DNA of 64,000 bases from Podarcis tiliguerta (taxonomy: Eukaryota). Made by a program: the position numbers and the translations under genes. Location of the stretch: assembly GCA_965153285.1 (NCBI GenBank), contig OZ229112.1. One strand, given 5' to 3'. Positions 45,101-58,547 of this stretch are shown here, in pieces (the stretch's first letter is position 1; every line of letters starts with the position of its first letter). The notes under the pieces were generated by a model, which was given only the letters and a program-made list of their open reading frames with translations, was not told the DNA's origin and made no database searches.

Positions 45101-47359
45101 GCTCCCCCCCCCCCCCTTTGCAGTTCAACTGTTAGCTTTAACTACCCTCAAGTTCTTCCCTTAAAACAATTTCTCCCTGGTTTCCACGACAACTGCTCAG
45201 GCTTTTTGGTTATTCATATTATTCTGTCAGGCTAGCATTTGAATATTTTAAGCTATCAGTCAGAAGCATCGTGGGAAATGAAACATTTAAACCTTTATAT
45301 CCCTATTAAGAGCTTCCCAGATGATAATGCTTCCCCATTCCTGTAGCACAAAATATCTATTAGCCCATGTCCAGCACCAGGGGGGTGACAACTCCTGTGG
45401 GGTGGGGATTCCTAAGTCTTGCTGAAGGCGGAGAGCTGCTCTTATGTCAACCATCTTTGGGGAGGGAGGGATGAGAAACACCCCAAAACATTCAAAGGTT
45501 TGTGCTCCAGCACTAGAGAGAGTGTCAGAACAAAAATGAAAGATTTAGGAAATGGAGGGGCATTGTTGTAAAGAGAGATGGAAGCCTTCCTTGTGTTCAG
45601 CACTTTCTGATTTTTAAAAGGCAACATGAACACTGCTAATGCTGGATGATAAAAGATCCCCCCCCCCCACAGCGTAATAAACCCACAGTACTGTTTGGTG
45701 ACTTTTAGGAGGGGCTGGGAGGCGAGGTCCAAGCTTCCATCCAAATGGCCCGCCACTTCTCTTTTTATTTGTTTTATTTGCTTTTCGCCCAAATTTCTAT
45801 AGTGGTTTAAAACATTTAAGGCAACAACAAAAAGCTCTAAAAATGATAGCATAAACCAAAAACAACAGTGCAGCAATCTAATAAAAACAGGGTCAGCACA
45901 ACGGTTCATTCCCCAAAGGCTGACTGAAGCAAGTTTCTACTTGTCTGTAAAAATTGGGTACACAAATACATAGATTGAGACAAATGGACACAAAATGCAT
46001 ATTAATTTCCATGCATACAGGGTTGTTGGTTGTTGTTTAAAAAAACAACCACCCCACAATGTATGTGGAAATGGGGAGAACCCAACTTAAGACTGAATAA
46101 ATGAGAAACTGATAGAAACCAAAAGCAACAGATTCACCTCCCCCTCCCCAGGGGGCTATCTGGAATGCAGAAACTGAGGGTGGGGGTTAAGCATCTATTT
46201 TTGTGCCACTTCTCTGCTTTAAATTCCCCTCTTGCAAAGCTGTTTTTCTTCTTAAGACTGGCCTAGGGCCCAAGTTCCATGGGGCTTATTCCCAGGTGTT
46301 TGCGGAAAGGACGCCAGCTGTAGCCATGACCAAATTTAGTTAGATTATATCATGTATATATTTTACAGAGCATGTCCTGCTTTTTCATTTAATTAAATAT
46401 TCAGCAAAAAGGAGCAATTACCATAGCAACATTTTCCTTCCAAAACCCATAATGGGAGACCATGCAGCTGAAAATGCATACCACACACTTAAAACTTGCA
46501 GATTTGCACACTGCAAACATCAGAATTTCCACATGCAAGAGGAAGTCATTTAAGCAATTTGCACATTCTCATACTTTTGTAATACTCTATTATCTCATAA
46601 ATAAAGAGACCTTCCTTTGTTCAGCTGGGTTCATCTCCATCCCACTGAAGTGTTGGCAGTGGTTCATGCCACCTCCAGATCTCTAGCTATAAATTCCTGA
46701 CAGTAATCCCACGCTATGCAAATGTATAAACTGAAAATCCACTTTATATTATTTTTAAGCACAGTCCTTGGAACGGAACAGTACAAGTAAAATTGCTAAA
46801 GGGGGAGACACACATTCTCCACTGCTTGAATAGCAATCATTCAGTTTCATGAAGTTTCGTGTATGTTAACATTCAAGCTAAGGTTAAATATGCGTACATT
46901 TTGGAAAGCTGGCAGGTTTCTAAGGACTGAAAACGAAACAGAATGACAGTAGTACTTTGAGGACATCACAGTTGCAAATGGATTGGTTGATTTAGTGCCC
47001 ACACAGTGTCTCTGTCACTAGATGAATCCCTGTATGAATGACACTTGAAGGACACCACCTTTCCCCATCTAAGTGGAGCAGCTAGGTATGGGCCAATGTT
47101 ATTTGAAAGTCCTGGAGGCAGGTAGACCTTTGAGTGGCAAGAAGCAGGTAGGGGATGTGAAAGAAATTGGATTTATGTGTAGTGATGGGGCATTTGGGCA
47201 GGCAAAATGAGGGAACTGTGTAGGATGCAGATTTTGGAATTTCTCAAGATGTCTGATAATCATTAGCTAGTGCACTGCATTGTGTGACATGGATAAATTT
47301 ATCAAAATAACAAAAAGCACATTAAATCTCATCTCCCAAATCTTTAGTTTTGCTGTCCT

Positions 47360-47520
47360 TTTCTAAGCCTTTTCTAGCTCCGCGATATTCTTTTCTCTTT
47401 ATTTTAAGTGAGACAACCAGGACTGTGCAATGGATTCCAAATGCAACTGCACCATAGATTGGTATGGTAGCATTATGATCTTGGTAGTTTTATTTTCAAT
47501 TCTGTCCCTAATGTGGAATT
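47360..47520 (-). mobile_element. CR1 LINE ORF2 fragment
   Basis: Degenerate match to the CR1 RT C-terminal region (..L.LY..MV..HLE.. like). Confidence 0.5.
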
Positions 47521-47808
47521 TGGTGTGGGGCGACATCCACAACAACATGAAGAACTGGAGAAAATTGCCTCCCCTTCTTTCATGTTAGAGAACACCTCTG
47601 CTGTATTAAAAGCTATTCAGCGAGCAGAATGGCAGCAATGCATGCCACTCATGGGCAGTTAAGCTTTTTCTGATAGATGTGAATAGAACCAATATATATG
47701 AAGGAGGGTATGTCAGGGTTTTCGTTCTTAAAAGATGTGCAGCCGGGGGGCGGATACAGTCTGTGGATCATGGATAATTCAACATTGCCCTAAAAGATCT
47801 GATATGGG

Positions 47809-47937
47809 CAGTGCTATTTTTCTAGAAAAAGAGGTGCCGGAACTCACTATGAACACCTCCCTTGATCTCTTATAATGGCAATGGTGACCACCTGAGAGGC
47901 ACCAGAACTTTTTTTCCCCAGCTGAAAAAAAGCCCTG
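47809..47937. mobile_element. hAT-type MITE
   Basis: TIR CAGTGCTATTTTTC / GAAAAAAAGCCCTG; 8-bp TSD gatatggg/gatatggc. Confidence 0.85.
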
Positions 47938-50900
47938 GATATGGCAGCAGTGAACTTAAGTGTGGGGTCTAATGCAGTGTCTCATGCTGTACCTCCACCT
48001 GTGTTCAACCTGTGTATTTATAAAGATAAACACTCGGATTGTGAAATGCCAGTGAGCCTCAGCGATCTGGCTCCAATGGAAACCGTTTCCCAAACAATCC
48101 TAATGAAAGGAAGAGACTAAGAAGGGCTCTGTGTGACTGGCCAAAGTGAAGGTGGGTGATGTTGACCAGAGACATAGAAGCTTTGGGTTATACTGCTAAA
48201 AATGTCTCAGGACTGCTGAAACAGCATGCATTTGAGCCAGACGTGGCCAGCCAATTCAGCTGCAACGGCCTCCCCACTAAATATGAACAAGGCCTTTTCA
48301 TTCTTTCCCTAACATGTGAATCAATAACAAGCAATGGCAGGGGACCAATATTCACAGAAAAGTTACAGGTGAATTAAAAACCGTGTAGGATGCAAAAAAG
48401 AAATACTTTATCCAGCCCTGTGAAGGCACTCAAGTTGCACATTCAGGACTTTAACCTAGCATGCTTTGACTATCAAAGCTGTTGTTCACACCGTCAGATC
48501 AATATTGTGCAGGAATGATTGAATGAATTCTAAGTGTGATTAAAGTCCCCTCCTTCTTCTGCAGGGACCGGCTGCAGACTGACATTCAAATCAACTTGGC
48601 ACAGCAAGTCTGCAGGGATACGTTTGTGTGGTGTTAAATTGGCCTTTGGTGTTGTGCACTTTCTGCTGTTCCAGACCCTTCCGACTGGTGTAATAGCTCT
48701 GTGGAATAAATACAGTCCTCATGAAAGAGGGAGACAAAGATTGCAATATTAAAAAGAGAGCTTGCAGCCTGTTCCTTAGCCGCAGCTGAAATGGGAGATG
48801 TACAAACCAACTAATCAAACACTGGCATAGCTGTCGGCTTCTCTGCCCCACCCCCACCCCCACCGCCCTGCAATGCACCAGGCAAACCACCTGCCTTTTA
48901 AAATAGTTTACAAGCACAACGCGAACCTTCAAGTGTTCATCTGTTCATTCACCACCTTTAATCTTGCCGATTGCCGATGTTGTTTTTACTTGCTTTAGCG
49001 GTGAGCTTTTTATAATGAACGGCAGGTTATGAATGCTTAACTAAGCAATTCAAAGTGTGGGTGGGGGAACTGTATTTTCCTATGTCCTGCTGGATTTGTA
49101 GTCCTACAGCAAAAAAAGCTGGCAGGAGGCCTGGGGAGTTCACTCTGTTCTCAGAGATTTTTTAAAGTTTTGTTCCCATTGGATCTGTCCCCCATCACCC
49201 TCCAGAAAGCCTCCTTTTCGACCTGACACTGGAACTTCCCCTTCAGAGGATCACTGGTTGAAGATCCTTCCAGACCCTCATGATGAGGGTTTGTAAGGCT
49301 GGATCACTCCCTCTGCAGGCAAAGCTTTCTCTACTGCCTTTCAGGGAATTTAGGATTGCAACTTTAAATAAATAACTATTCATGCAGGGGGCAACATGTA
49401 CTTTTTTTTTTTTAATCAGTTCTACCTCCTCCAACCCACTTTGGATTGCTCTGTTAAACATTTATACCCTACCTTTTCCTCACAACTAGATACCAGCTTA
49501 CTTGAAGGATTGCCTCGTTCCCTCTGTGCTTGACAGCTTCTTTCTGTGGAACTTGTATTTCTATAGGTGTCATATAGTGTTTGTTCCACATCTGTGAGGA
49601 GTTGATTTGTTAGTGTGGCAGCATTTACGCTTTGCGACTCCCTGTTGGAAGTGCAACAGTCCATGTGGAACTTAAGTGTTAACTGTTAAAATCAGCTAGC
49701 CAAGAGGGGAGCAGATGTAGGTGCTGCTAGCAACCAGGGTGTGTGTGCCCTGATTGGCTGTGTAGCGCTGAGAGGTTTTTCCCTCTGTACATTTGGCTGA
49801 ATGTCTCCCTGCTAGGGAGGGCATTCCCTGAAAGAGGACAAGACCTCTCCTTTTCTTTCTCCTCAAATTGTACATGTTTTTGTTCAGTTTCCTCAGTAAA
49901 GTGTTATCAGGACCCTTTTCCTCTCTGTGTTATTTAAGAGAGTTTGCTAACATATTCTATCCACTCTGTCACTTCTCATTTCAAGGAAGGAAAATGAACC
50001 TCAAAACCATATTTCTCCAATGGAAACAAGCTGTTTCAACTGAAGATGTCAGTGAATTCAACTGAAAACAGAAGCAGGGATGGAAATTGCTGATGTTCGC
50101 TTATTTGTCCCATGTCCAGAACAGATATCAACCCAGCAAATACTATTGGTGTTTTTTGTTGCTGTAGCTTTCAGTCCACAAATGATATGTAACTGATTGC
50201 TTTTCTCCCCATCCTCTATTTGCATTGCATTTCCTTTGCAATGAAATGAATGGGGCAGAATAATGTAATGACAACATAACTTACACAATTTATGTAATCA
50301 ATTACATAAATTATGGAAGTTATATAATTTTGCCACAGAGGACAGAGACACAAAAAGCAGTTTTGGGCAGAATATGTAGTGGAACAGAAACAGGGCTGCA
50401 TGAGATGAATACAGAACAAAACGTGATGTCTTCTTACACCTCTAGTTTTAACTTTGTGCCACAGTCAAGACACCCTTGAAATGTTAAGCTAGTTTTGAAG
50501 GAGGTGCTTTCCCATGGGTTCCTCTGATGCCTCTAGTTCAAAGACCCACAAACACATGGGAAGGGTACTGCATGTGTGGCAGCAAGATCTTTAAGTCATT
50601 AAAGGACGGTTGTGGGAAGCACAGACAGAAAGCACCCCTCAGGGCACGACTGTCATATTTAAAACACACCACAACTGAGAAGGTTTCCAATCTTCCTGCC
50701 ATCTCAGATGCTCTGAACTGAAGACAAATGCTTGCTTTAAGAACAGTTTAGCGACAGTTAAACACTAAATAAATTTGAGTGGAAACTCACCAAGGCGACT
50801 GCATTGCTGATCTTCAGCAGTCATGATCTCTGCTGCTAAGAGTATTCCACAAAGCTCTGGCATCTGCTTGAAACAATGTCATCACTGCAACTCTTATCTA

Positions 50901-52576
50901 GGATGGTGGTTTCTCACTAGGATGACACATCAACATGACACAGCCCAAGAAATCAGTGTTGCACTAAGAAAGATGAGCAATGAATTATTGTGAAGGGAAG
51001 ATAAATGGGCAGCATGTTACTGAAGAACCACTTGACAACAAGGTAGCTGATGATATTGAGATATATAGTGCAAAAGGCTTTCTGGGTAGCCATAAATTGA
51101 TAAAACTGGAATTACAGGAGAAATTGACACTTGCAAAGCACATTTAGGGCTAGCTGATTCACTTCTCTTATGTGGATTTTAAGACGTTATGCATGCGGTG
51201 AATATGTTTTCTTCTACCAAGCCTTAGAGATGCTTGTCTGCATATGCTTTCTGCCTGTAACAAGATTTATATATAACCTGGAGGATGCTGTGAGCTGATC
51301 TAGATTTAGATGCAAATCTTTAGATATATCAGCTTTGATTTCGGTGCTGGGAGTTTGTGTAGGTGGCCTTAAAGGAACTTCCAGCTCTGTGGTTTCATTC
51401 TACCAATAGGAAAATGCATACTATTCATCCTACATATTAGCATAGCATATTACAGAGAGGTGCCTTAACCATAAATATTTCTCACTAGCTTTTGGAAAAA
51501 GGTAAATTTATTATGTTGGGTGTTGTGTTGGTACGAGGTTGAGACTTTACTGTGTGGGTTTTACCAGCCGATTGCCATTGTAAACACACTGCAAGTTTGG
51601 AACACATCATCACTATGATGTCAGTCTGGTGCTTTGAGTTCAGGTTCAGCATGTGACCATCTAACAAGTTTTCATATTACAAAGGTAGCATCAAAAACCC
51701 CAGAAGACAAGGGAGAAATTCATGTGGTTTGACCCATGTCAGCATCACCCTCTTGAAAACTGGGGTGACACTGGTGTAGGAAACAGCTGCAACTGGGACC
51801 ACCTCCCATATGGCCTCTGGCCTCTGACATTAACTTTGTGGCAGAGGAAGGAGCCACACTGCAGCAACTCCCTGGCCACAAAAGGTAACCGGCGAATGAG
51901 ACTCAAGGAAGCATGCCTAATGTGAAAAGTAGAAGACTACGCTAGCCACCGCAGGCAGAAAGAATGTAAACTGCTCTGCAATGCTTCAGTATTATAAGTT
52001 CTTTTATTATTATTTGCCATTTGTGCAGCGAGTAAAGTACAAAGGCCAGCATCCAGTGTTTAACGAATAAAAGGTCAATGAGAAACACAGACTTAGACTG
52101 CAGACATGCAAGTCCCAACAGCAAAGAATGAGTTATGCGAGCCTTGCCACGCGAAAGCACTCAAATACTATTAACAAAACGGCACAGACCTTTCTTTTTT
52201 TTACCAACCCGAACTTCACATTGTTGACAATGAAGCCTCAATTTACATTGCACCACTCGTGTTGAAAAATCTTGTACTAAACTTTCAAGCATTGTCTATA
52301 AATATTTCCTCAAAGAGATATGTGGCCAAAGTGAGGCCTTTCAGCCTTTTGGGTGCATTTGCTTCTGGCAACTACATTTTAAAAAAGCTTTCCAGAGGTA
52401 GAGAGGATCTTTATTTAATTCTGCTCAGGAGAGCCTCTCTTACCAACTACATTTGAAGCTGCAATTCTATACCCATTTACCCGAGAGGAAACACTGTCTG
52501 AACTCCCAAAGTGTTGACTTCTGTCTGCACATGTATAGGAGTATGCTCTAAATTCCTCTTCTGTCGGGAGACGGAT

Positions 52577-52800
52577 ATAGAATCATAGAATTGTAGAGCT
52601 GGAAGGGGAACCCCAAGTCCAATCGCCTGCAATGAAGGAATCTTAACTAAAGCACATATGAGATGGCCACCCAACCTCTGTATAAAAACCTCCAAGGAAG
52701 GAGAGTCCACCACCTCCTGAGGGAGTTCATTCCACTGCCAAACACCTCTTACTGTCAGAAAACTCTGCCTGATGTTTAGCTGGAGTCTTTCTTCCTAGTA
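52577..52800 (-). mobile_element. CR1 LINE 3' end
   Basis: ATAGAATCATAGAATTGTAGAGCTGGAAGGG (reverse of the ATTCTRTG tail); minus-strand ..VDSPSLEVF.QRL.. CR1 ORF2 terminus. Confidence 0.85.
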
Positions 52801-54319
52801 TGTTCTGTGAAAAGCGTTGACCAGTGGAAGGTTTTAGGGGCAGATGCAGCTCATGGAACAGTTTTGATAGTGAGCTCTCGCTGCACCTGAAGGCTCTGCC
52901 AAGCTGTAATGAAAGCGTGGTAAAGATTTTCCATACAGTTGTAAGGAAAATAAATTTGTTTTCAAAAATGATGTGAGATATGCACTTCACACTGTTCCTC
53001 TCCAGGGTTTGCATGAATGCCCTGTGTCCACGACCCAGAGTTGTAAAAAGTCCTTACTGTTACTTTAGAATAACTTTATTGCAGAACCTGACCACTTGAG
53101 GAATCCACTTCTGCCCCCCAGACCCCTATTTAGAACAGAGGTGGCCAGTTTGGTGGTTTGCAAAGTGCAGGAGGCCAGATTAGCAATTTTCTGCTCCCCA
53201 ATGGTGTTACTAAAAATGGATATTCCACAATTTATTGTGACACCTACTATTTGGCTATATGAAAAACTAAGCCCGACAACATTCTCTCCAAGCTGTGAAG
53301 CCTTTCCTGCTCAATAGATGTAGACCACTCCCAGACCCTAGACCACTGACTAGAGGCTGGTGATCCCTGAGACTATGGTGGTTGGACATCCTACCTCTGT
53401 GATGCAAGGGGCCTTGGGCATGCTTCGCAGATTGCATGCTACTTCACTGGCTCCGGTTTGCTCCCCCACGTGATCCTGAGATGTTTGTGCAGTTGGACTG
53501 GCTCTGACTCAGCCACTCCTCTTACCTGATGCTCTCCTATTCCAATCCTACCATTCACCAATCCCGGTCTTCCTCATTTACTGTAAAATTTAAGTCCAGT
53601 GCCAAATAAATATTAAATAAAAGGAGTCCATTGTGTCATTGCTCCTGGAAGGAGTATGATGAAGTTCTGCCATTTCCTCTTGATGTGAAGAAAACCAGGT
53701 GGTGCTATTAAGATGTACCTGCAAACACCTGAGCAGCAAGAACTTTTTTGAACGGAGGGAGACTATTTTTGTTTTTTATTGATGTGGTTTTGTACTTTAG
53801 CAGCACTGAGTTAAATCAGTTTGTTTTAACAATTTTATAGCCCTAGTTGAAACCCATTGTCCAAAACACTTCTTGTCCGTAATGTGATGATTAAAATTCC
53901 ACAGAACTCTCTGATTCAAAATATTTGTGTATGTGTGTTAAGTTTTCCACTCTTTTGAAGACGTGGCTTTATGATACAGCTAGATATGCAAACAATTTCC
54001 CCACTGATTTACTTTTGGCCTGCCTAATCTGATTTCCAAATCAGAGACAGAGCAGACTTCAATAATGCTGCCACAGGAAAGACACTTAACATAGTAACAT
54101 ACATAATTACGTGTGTAGAAGAGTCGTGGAGAAATGTATCATATATAGCGTTATGGGCAGAGGCAGGTATCAAGAAGGAGTGGGACAATAAATCAACATC
54201 CCTTTTCTTTTTAAAGAGAAAATAAAAGTATCCTGGATGCACTGTTCATGTAAATGGCCAATCTCTTGACACTGAGATGTCTTCCGTGTAGTAGCAAATC
54301 TTGTTTTCCTCCTTCATGT

Positions 54320-54357
54320 TCAGTCCAATTTAGGCTTTTCTTTTCCTTCTTCCATAC
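54320..54357 (-). CDS. AIG1: AIG1 last coding exon
   Basis: gctcag|GT ATG GAA GAA GGA AAA GAA AAG CCT AAA TTG GAC TGA. Confidence 0.9.
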
Positions 54358-57300
54358 CTGAGCACAAACAGAAAACAATTTTTGAAACGCCTGAGGAAAT
54401 CGGAAAGCACTGCATCCTTATGCATCTTCTGCAGAAATTTTGGGAGGAATTTAACATTGTACATCCTAAGGTGATCATTCTGTCAGGGTATAAGCATTTG
54501 GGTTTGCCAAGCAGAATGATTCCCCCTCCTTCCATGCCCTGTTCCAAGGCTTCTCCTCACGCGCTCCCAGGCCAATTTTGGACTGTGTGCGAGGGAGTGG
54601 GGAGGGAAAGAGCCCCATTGTGCAGATCTGCTGCTGCTGAGACTCATCTGCCAAACCCTGCCCTTTGTTTCTCCTTTGGTGCCTTCCCAATGCATGATAA
54701 TAGGCACCAGGAGGCTGACAAAATGGGACCAGACTAACCAAATAATCTGCAACCATACTGGCTTTTTGCTGTTAAATAATAGCTTGTCTGATATATTTCT
54801 TCCACATTTGAAGCTCCTCCGCCTTGTTCCTTGTTGAATAATGGTGAAGTTCATTCTTCATGATGTCTATTTACTTATGAGCATGTACTGTATTCATGGT
54901 TACAAAACAATGTCTATGCTGGGATAAGCAACAAAATATTTGAGGTTCTCCAAGTCATATTATTAACTGCTGATGGGTAGGTTTGGGGTCATCCTTTTAA
55001 AGCCATTAAGTGGAATATGCATTTATGCCCACACAAAAATGTCCAGATTCTTATACCAGCTGCCTGTGACACCAGTCCACAGTCATCCTTGATTTCAAAG
55101 ACCTCAAACACACCAATAACTTGGATCTGTAATTGTAACAATATATCTGTATTAGCTCATTATAATGAGACCCATGAATTAAAATGCTGCAAGCAGCTTG
55201 GAAGGTTCAGCTGTTGCCTGAGTAGTATTCCATTGGTCGATTTCTTGCAGTTAATCCTAGCAATGGTTACTCAGAAGTAAATCCCAACGATTTCAAGGGG
55301 CTTATTCCCAGTAAGGCCCCATCCCGCTATGCGGCCATAGTATAGAGACTTAACTCCACTAAGACTTCCATCCTTTAGATTCAATGGGACTTATTTCAGA
55401 GCAGACCTGCAGTTGGTATGTACTAACTTGACTGTGGCGGTCTTAGCTTTTAGATTGCCAACATTTTGCAAGGTTTATTGATTTCAATAAAACATCCCAA
55501 AGTGATAAAGGATCATTGTCCCAGTCTCTCCTTCCTTACCAAAATTATACAAATAATTTTGCTTCTAGAGGTGCAGTTCTGAGGTGCCCATCTCCTGCCC
55601 ATTCTCTACTACTAGAGACACAGCCCTCCTTCCCCTTTCAAATCTGATGGCACAATCTTCTCTAAGTTCAGCAATACCCACGCAAATCCCTCGACTCTGT
55701 GAGGGGGAAGGGGTGCTTCTGATCTTGCTCCACTTCTGCCCAATCTCAGAGACATCAGAAGTTAACTTTCCTACACAACAATTTTTTAAATGACCTCCCC
55801 CCCAAATGTTATTAGTATGGTAAGTGCACAGGTGTCTCTGGGTGCATTTGGCCTTTAATATTAATTTTATTTTAAAGTAATGTGGCCAAAGAAAACCCAC
55901 AATCCATAGAGGAACATTGAAGCACAGCAAGGACAAAACATAGCCTGGAAATAGTCACCAGGTTGTTGTTTTTTCAGAGAGCTGAAGACACTTTGAAAGA
56001 AGGATCACTGCTTCTGGAGTGTACTACTCATTTTTGCTGGAGATAAAAACAACAGTTCTTACTGTTCCAAAACCTGCAAAACCTATTTAACCGTCAGGCA
56101 AAATAAAGAGTGTGAAAATCATGGGAAGCAAAACCTCACTCAAAACCACTTTCTTTAAAATGGTTCTTTAAAAAGGATTCTTTATAACTATTGCCTGGTT
56201 CCAGCCTTCAAAAACCAAAATCAATTCCCAGAAACAACCAGAACAGAACAAAACCCCACCACAGATTCAACATATTGTAAACTGTAGGTGCGATAGAGGG
56301 AAATGTGGCAAGCAGTAAACATGTCGCTAGCTGCTCAAATGCTGAAGTCACCACAGGAACCAGAGACAGCAGATGATAACGGGTTAAAAAAAATTGCAAA
56401 ATTTCCCCGTCTTATTTTCCTTAAGCAAAATCTACAGGCAGCAACACTTACCTCATCTATGAAAAAGATCCAGGTATTGTCAACAGCATCCTTTACTGTG
56501 TTTCTCGTTCTTTTTGAGCAATCCAGGCAGTGAAAGCCCAGCATAAGTAACTTGCAAGGCACAGAGAAGGGGGCTTGGATGGGGCTGTGAGAGGTGCTGC
56601 CTGCTTGTGTGTCCATGCGCTTGTTCAGGTGTGTGTGTGGGGGGGTGCAGGTTCTGTTGAACCCCCTTGGGATTTGCCATGTGCAGGAATTGAACTCACA
56701 GTGTAACTCATTCATGGCCATTGATTGTGTTTTTCTGGCAATGGAAACATTCATCTCTTTCAAATGCTTGTTCCTGGGCAAAGTTCTATTCTTAGCTTCT
56801 GGCAAAAGTTTTGTTCTTTTGTCTGTTTAGCTAATTTGGACCAAACCACCCTGCCAAACACCTCCGATCTATTCTGAAAGTGTTTCTTTTGGAAGTTTCC
56901 AGTGCTGCTGCATATCCCAAAACAGAAATTTCTTATCTTTCTTTTCAATAGGACAGGGGTCTAAAGGGTGGGCAGAGATGAGAAGGAACCTCTCAAAAGG
57001 AAACCTGACCATAAATCACAGTACTTTTCAAATGGAAAATCTGCTTGGCTCAGATTTCTTACCATGGGCTTCTTTGAAAAACACACCCATATCTGTCCAA
57101 ATTACAGCAGAGGGGCAAAAGCGTCTGGTAGTGGCGATTTTGTTGAAAGACAGAATAATGAAACAATTTGGTTTGGACATCGCCAATAGTCTACATACAA
57201 TGGGCTGGGTGTTGCTGACAAACCAAAAATAATTGGATAGTCAGTCAAAGGTTTAAGAAAACAAAACAATGGCTCAGCTCCAGAAACGCATATTGGCTTT

Positions 57301-58547
57301 GGATCCTGTGCTGATGCCAATTCTGGTCTCCTGTGTCCTCTCTGCTGCTGGAGGAAACTTTTCCAGTGGTTTCAAGCTGTAGTGTTTCATTTTTCTTCAT
57401 AAAAGAGCCTCTATCCTTTCTTGAGAAGCATTTTACTGCTGATGGATCAAATACCCTGGCAGAAATTATGTTATCTTCAGACCTGTGGGCTGACTCTGGC
57501 CCATAGAATGGGAAGATTTTTCTTTGCCTACCATGTTTGTGGTTTAGTTTGGAAAAAGTAACTGCAAATTATTTTGTCAGTAGTCGTGTGTGTGGTTTTT
57601 TAAAAAAATGTAACTCTTAAAGGAAGAGAGGGGGAAACCTTTCAGACTTGTAAATGCCTTTTTCTTTCCACCCCAACCTTTATTATAGGATGGCATAAGC
57701 TCATTGTATAATTTTGTGATATTTGGTGTACTTGTCAAACCTTTTTAAGAACATCCAATTTAGATATTATCTGGATCACAACCGGCACATCCTTAATCAC
57801 CTTTGCAGAACTTATTGAGACTAGGAGTACCACCCAATGGTGTTGTTTCATTCATGGAATGATCTTTGATCCAGCAGAGACTTCCATGAATAGAAGTGGT
57901 TGCGGAAGGTGATTTTTGCTAATTCCCCCTTTAACTCACTAGTAATTTCTGGATTTATGTACTTATTTGTTGTCATTTGATGCTCTCAGCTAAATGTCCA
58001 AAACCAGGCAATGATAATCACACCCACACCCACCCACACCCAGCCTCAAATTAAGCCCAAATGTACATCAATGCATGAGTGTGCAAGCAACTTCATGTAC
58101 TGATTTCAATGCAATCAGTTTGCGTGGAAAGGTGTTTGCATGAAACTGCAGCAATGGGAAATAACTGAATGCTACCAGATTAGATTGAAATGGTAGAAAA
58201 TTTATGGGGGGTTTTTTTTTCTGACCAAGTAACATTGTATGGAATAACCGCCAAGTGACAGAATTTAAACACATGAAAAAGACATGGTGGAGTAACCCTC
58301 AGAGAACTTTACAATGTCCATGGCAATATGTGAATCAGCCCTTGTTTCATAGTTACATCAGTGCTTCTCAAAATAATACTCACATTTTTGTGTATCCCAG
58401 ATGCAGTTGTTTAGGATCTCACCCAGCAAGTAGAGGATGTTAATTATTGCAGTTACAGTAGCAAAGAAGATAATTTTAGCACCTGAGCCAAGGTACTCCA
58501 AGAGAGGGTACACCCAAACACCTGTTACATGATAAATCCAACAGACC
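54320..58547 (-). CDS. AIG1: Androgen-induced gene 1 (FAHFA hydrolase, FAR-17a/AIG1 family), last two exons: complement(join(54320..54357,58384..58547)); the rest lies beyond the window
   Basis: [54 protein letters not shown]|[12 protein letters not shown]; GT-AG; synteny with ADAT2/PEX3/FUCA2. Confidence 0.95.
58384..58547 (-). CDS. AIG1: AIG1 penultimate exon (164 bp)
   Basis: ttag|G GTC TGT TGG...CAA AAA T|gtgagt. Confidence 0.95.
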
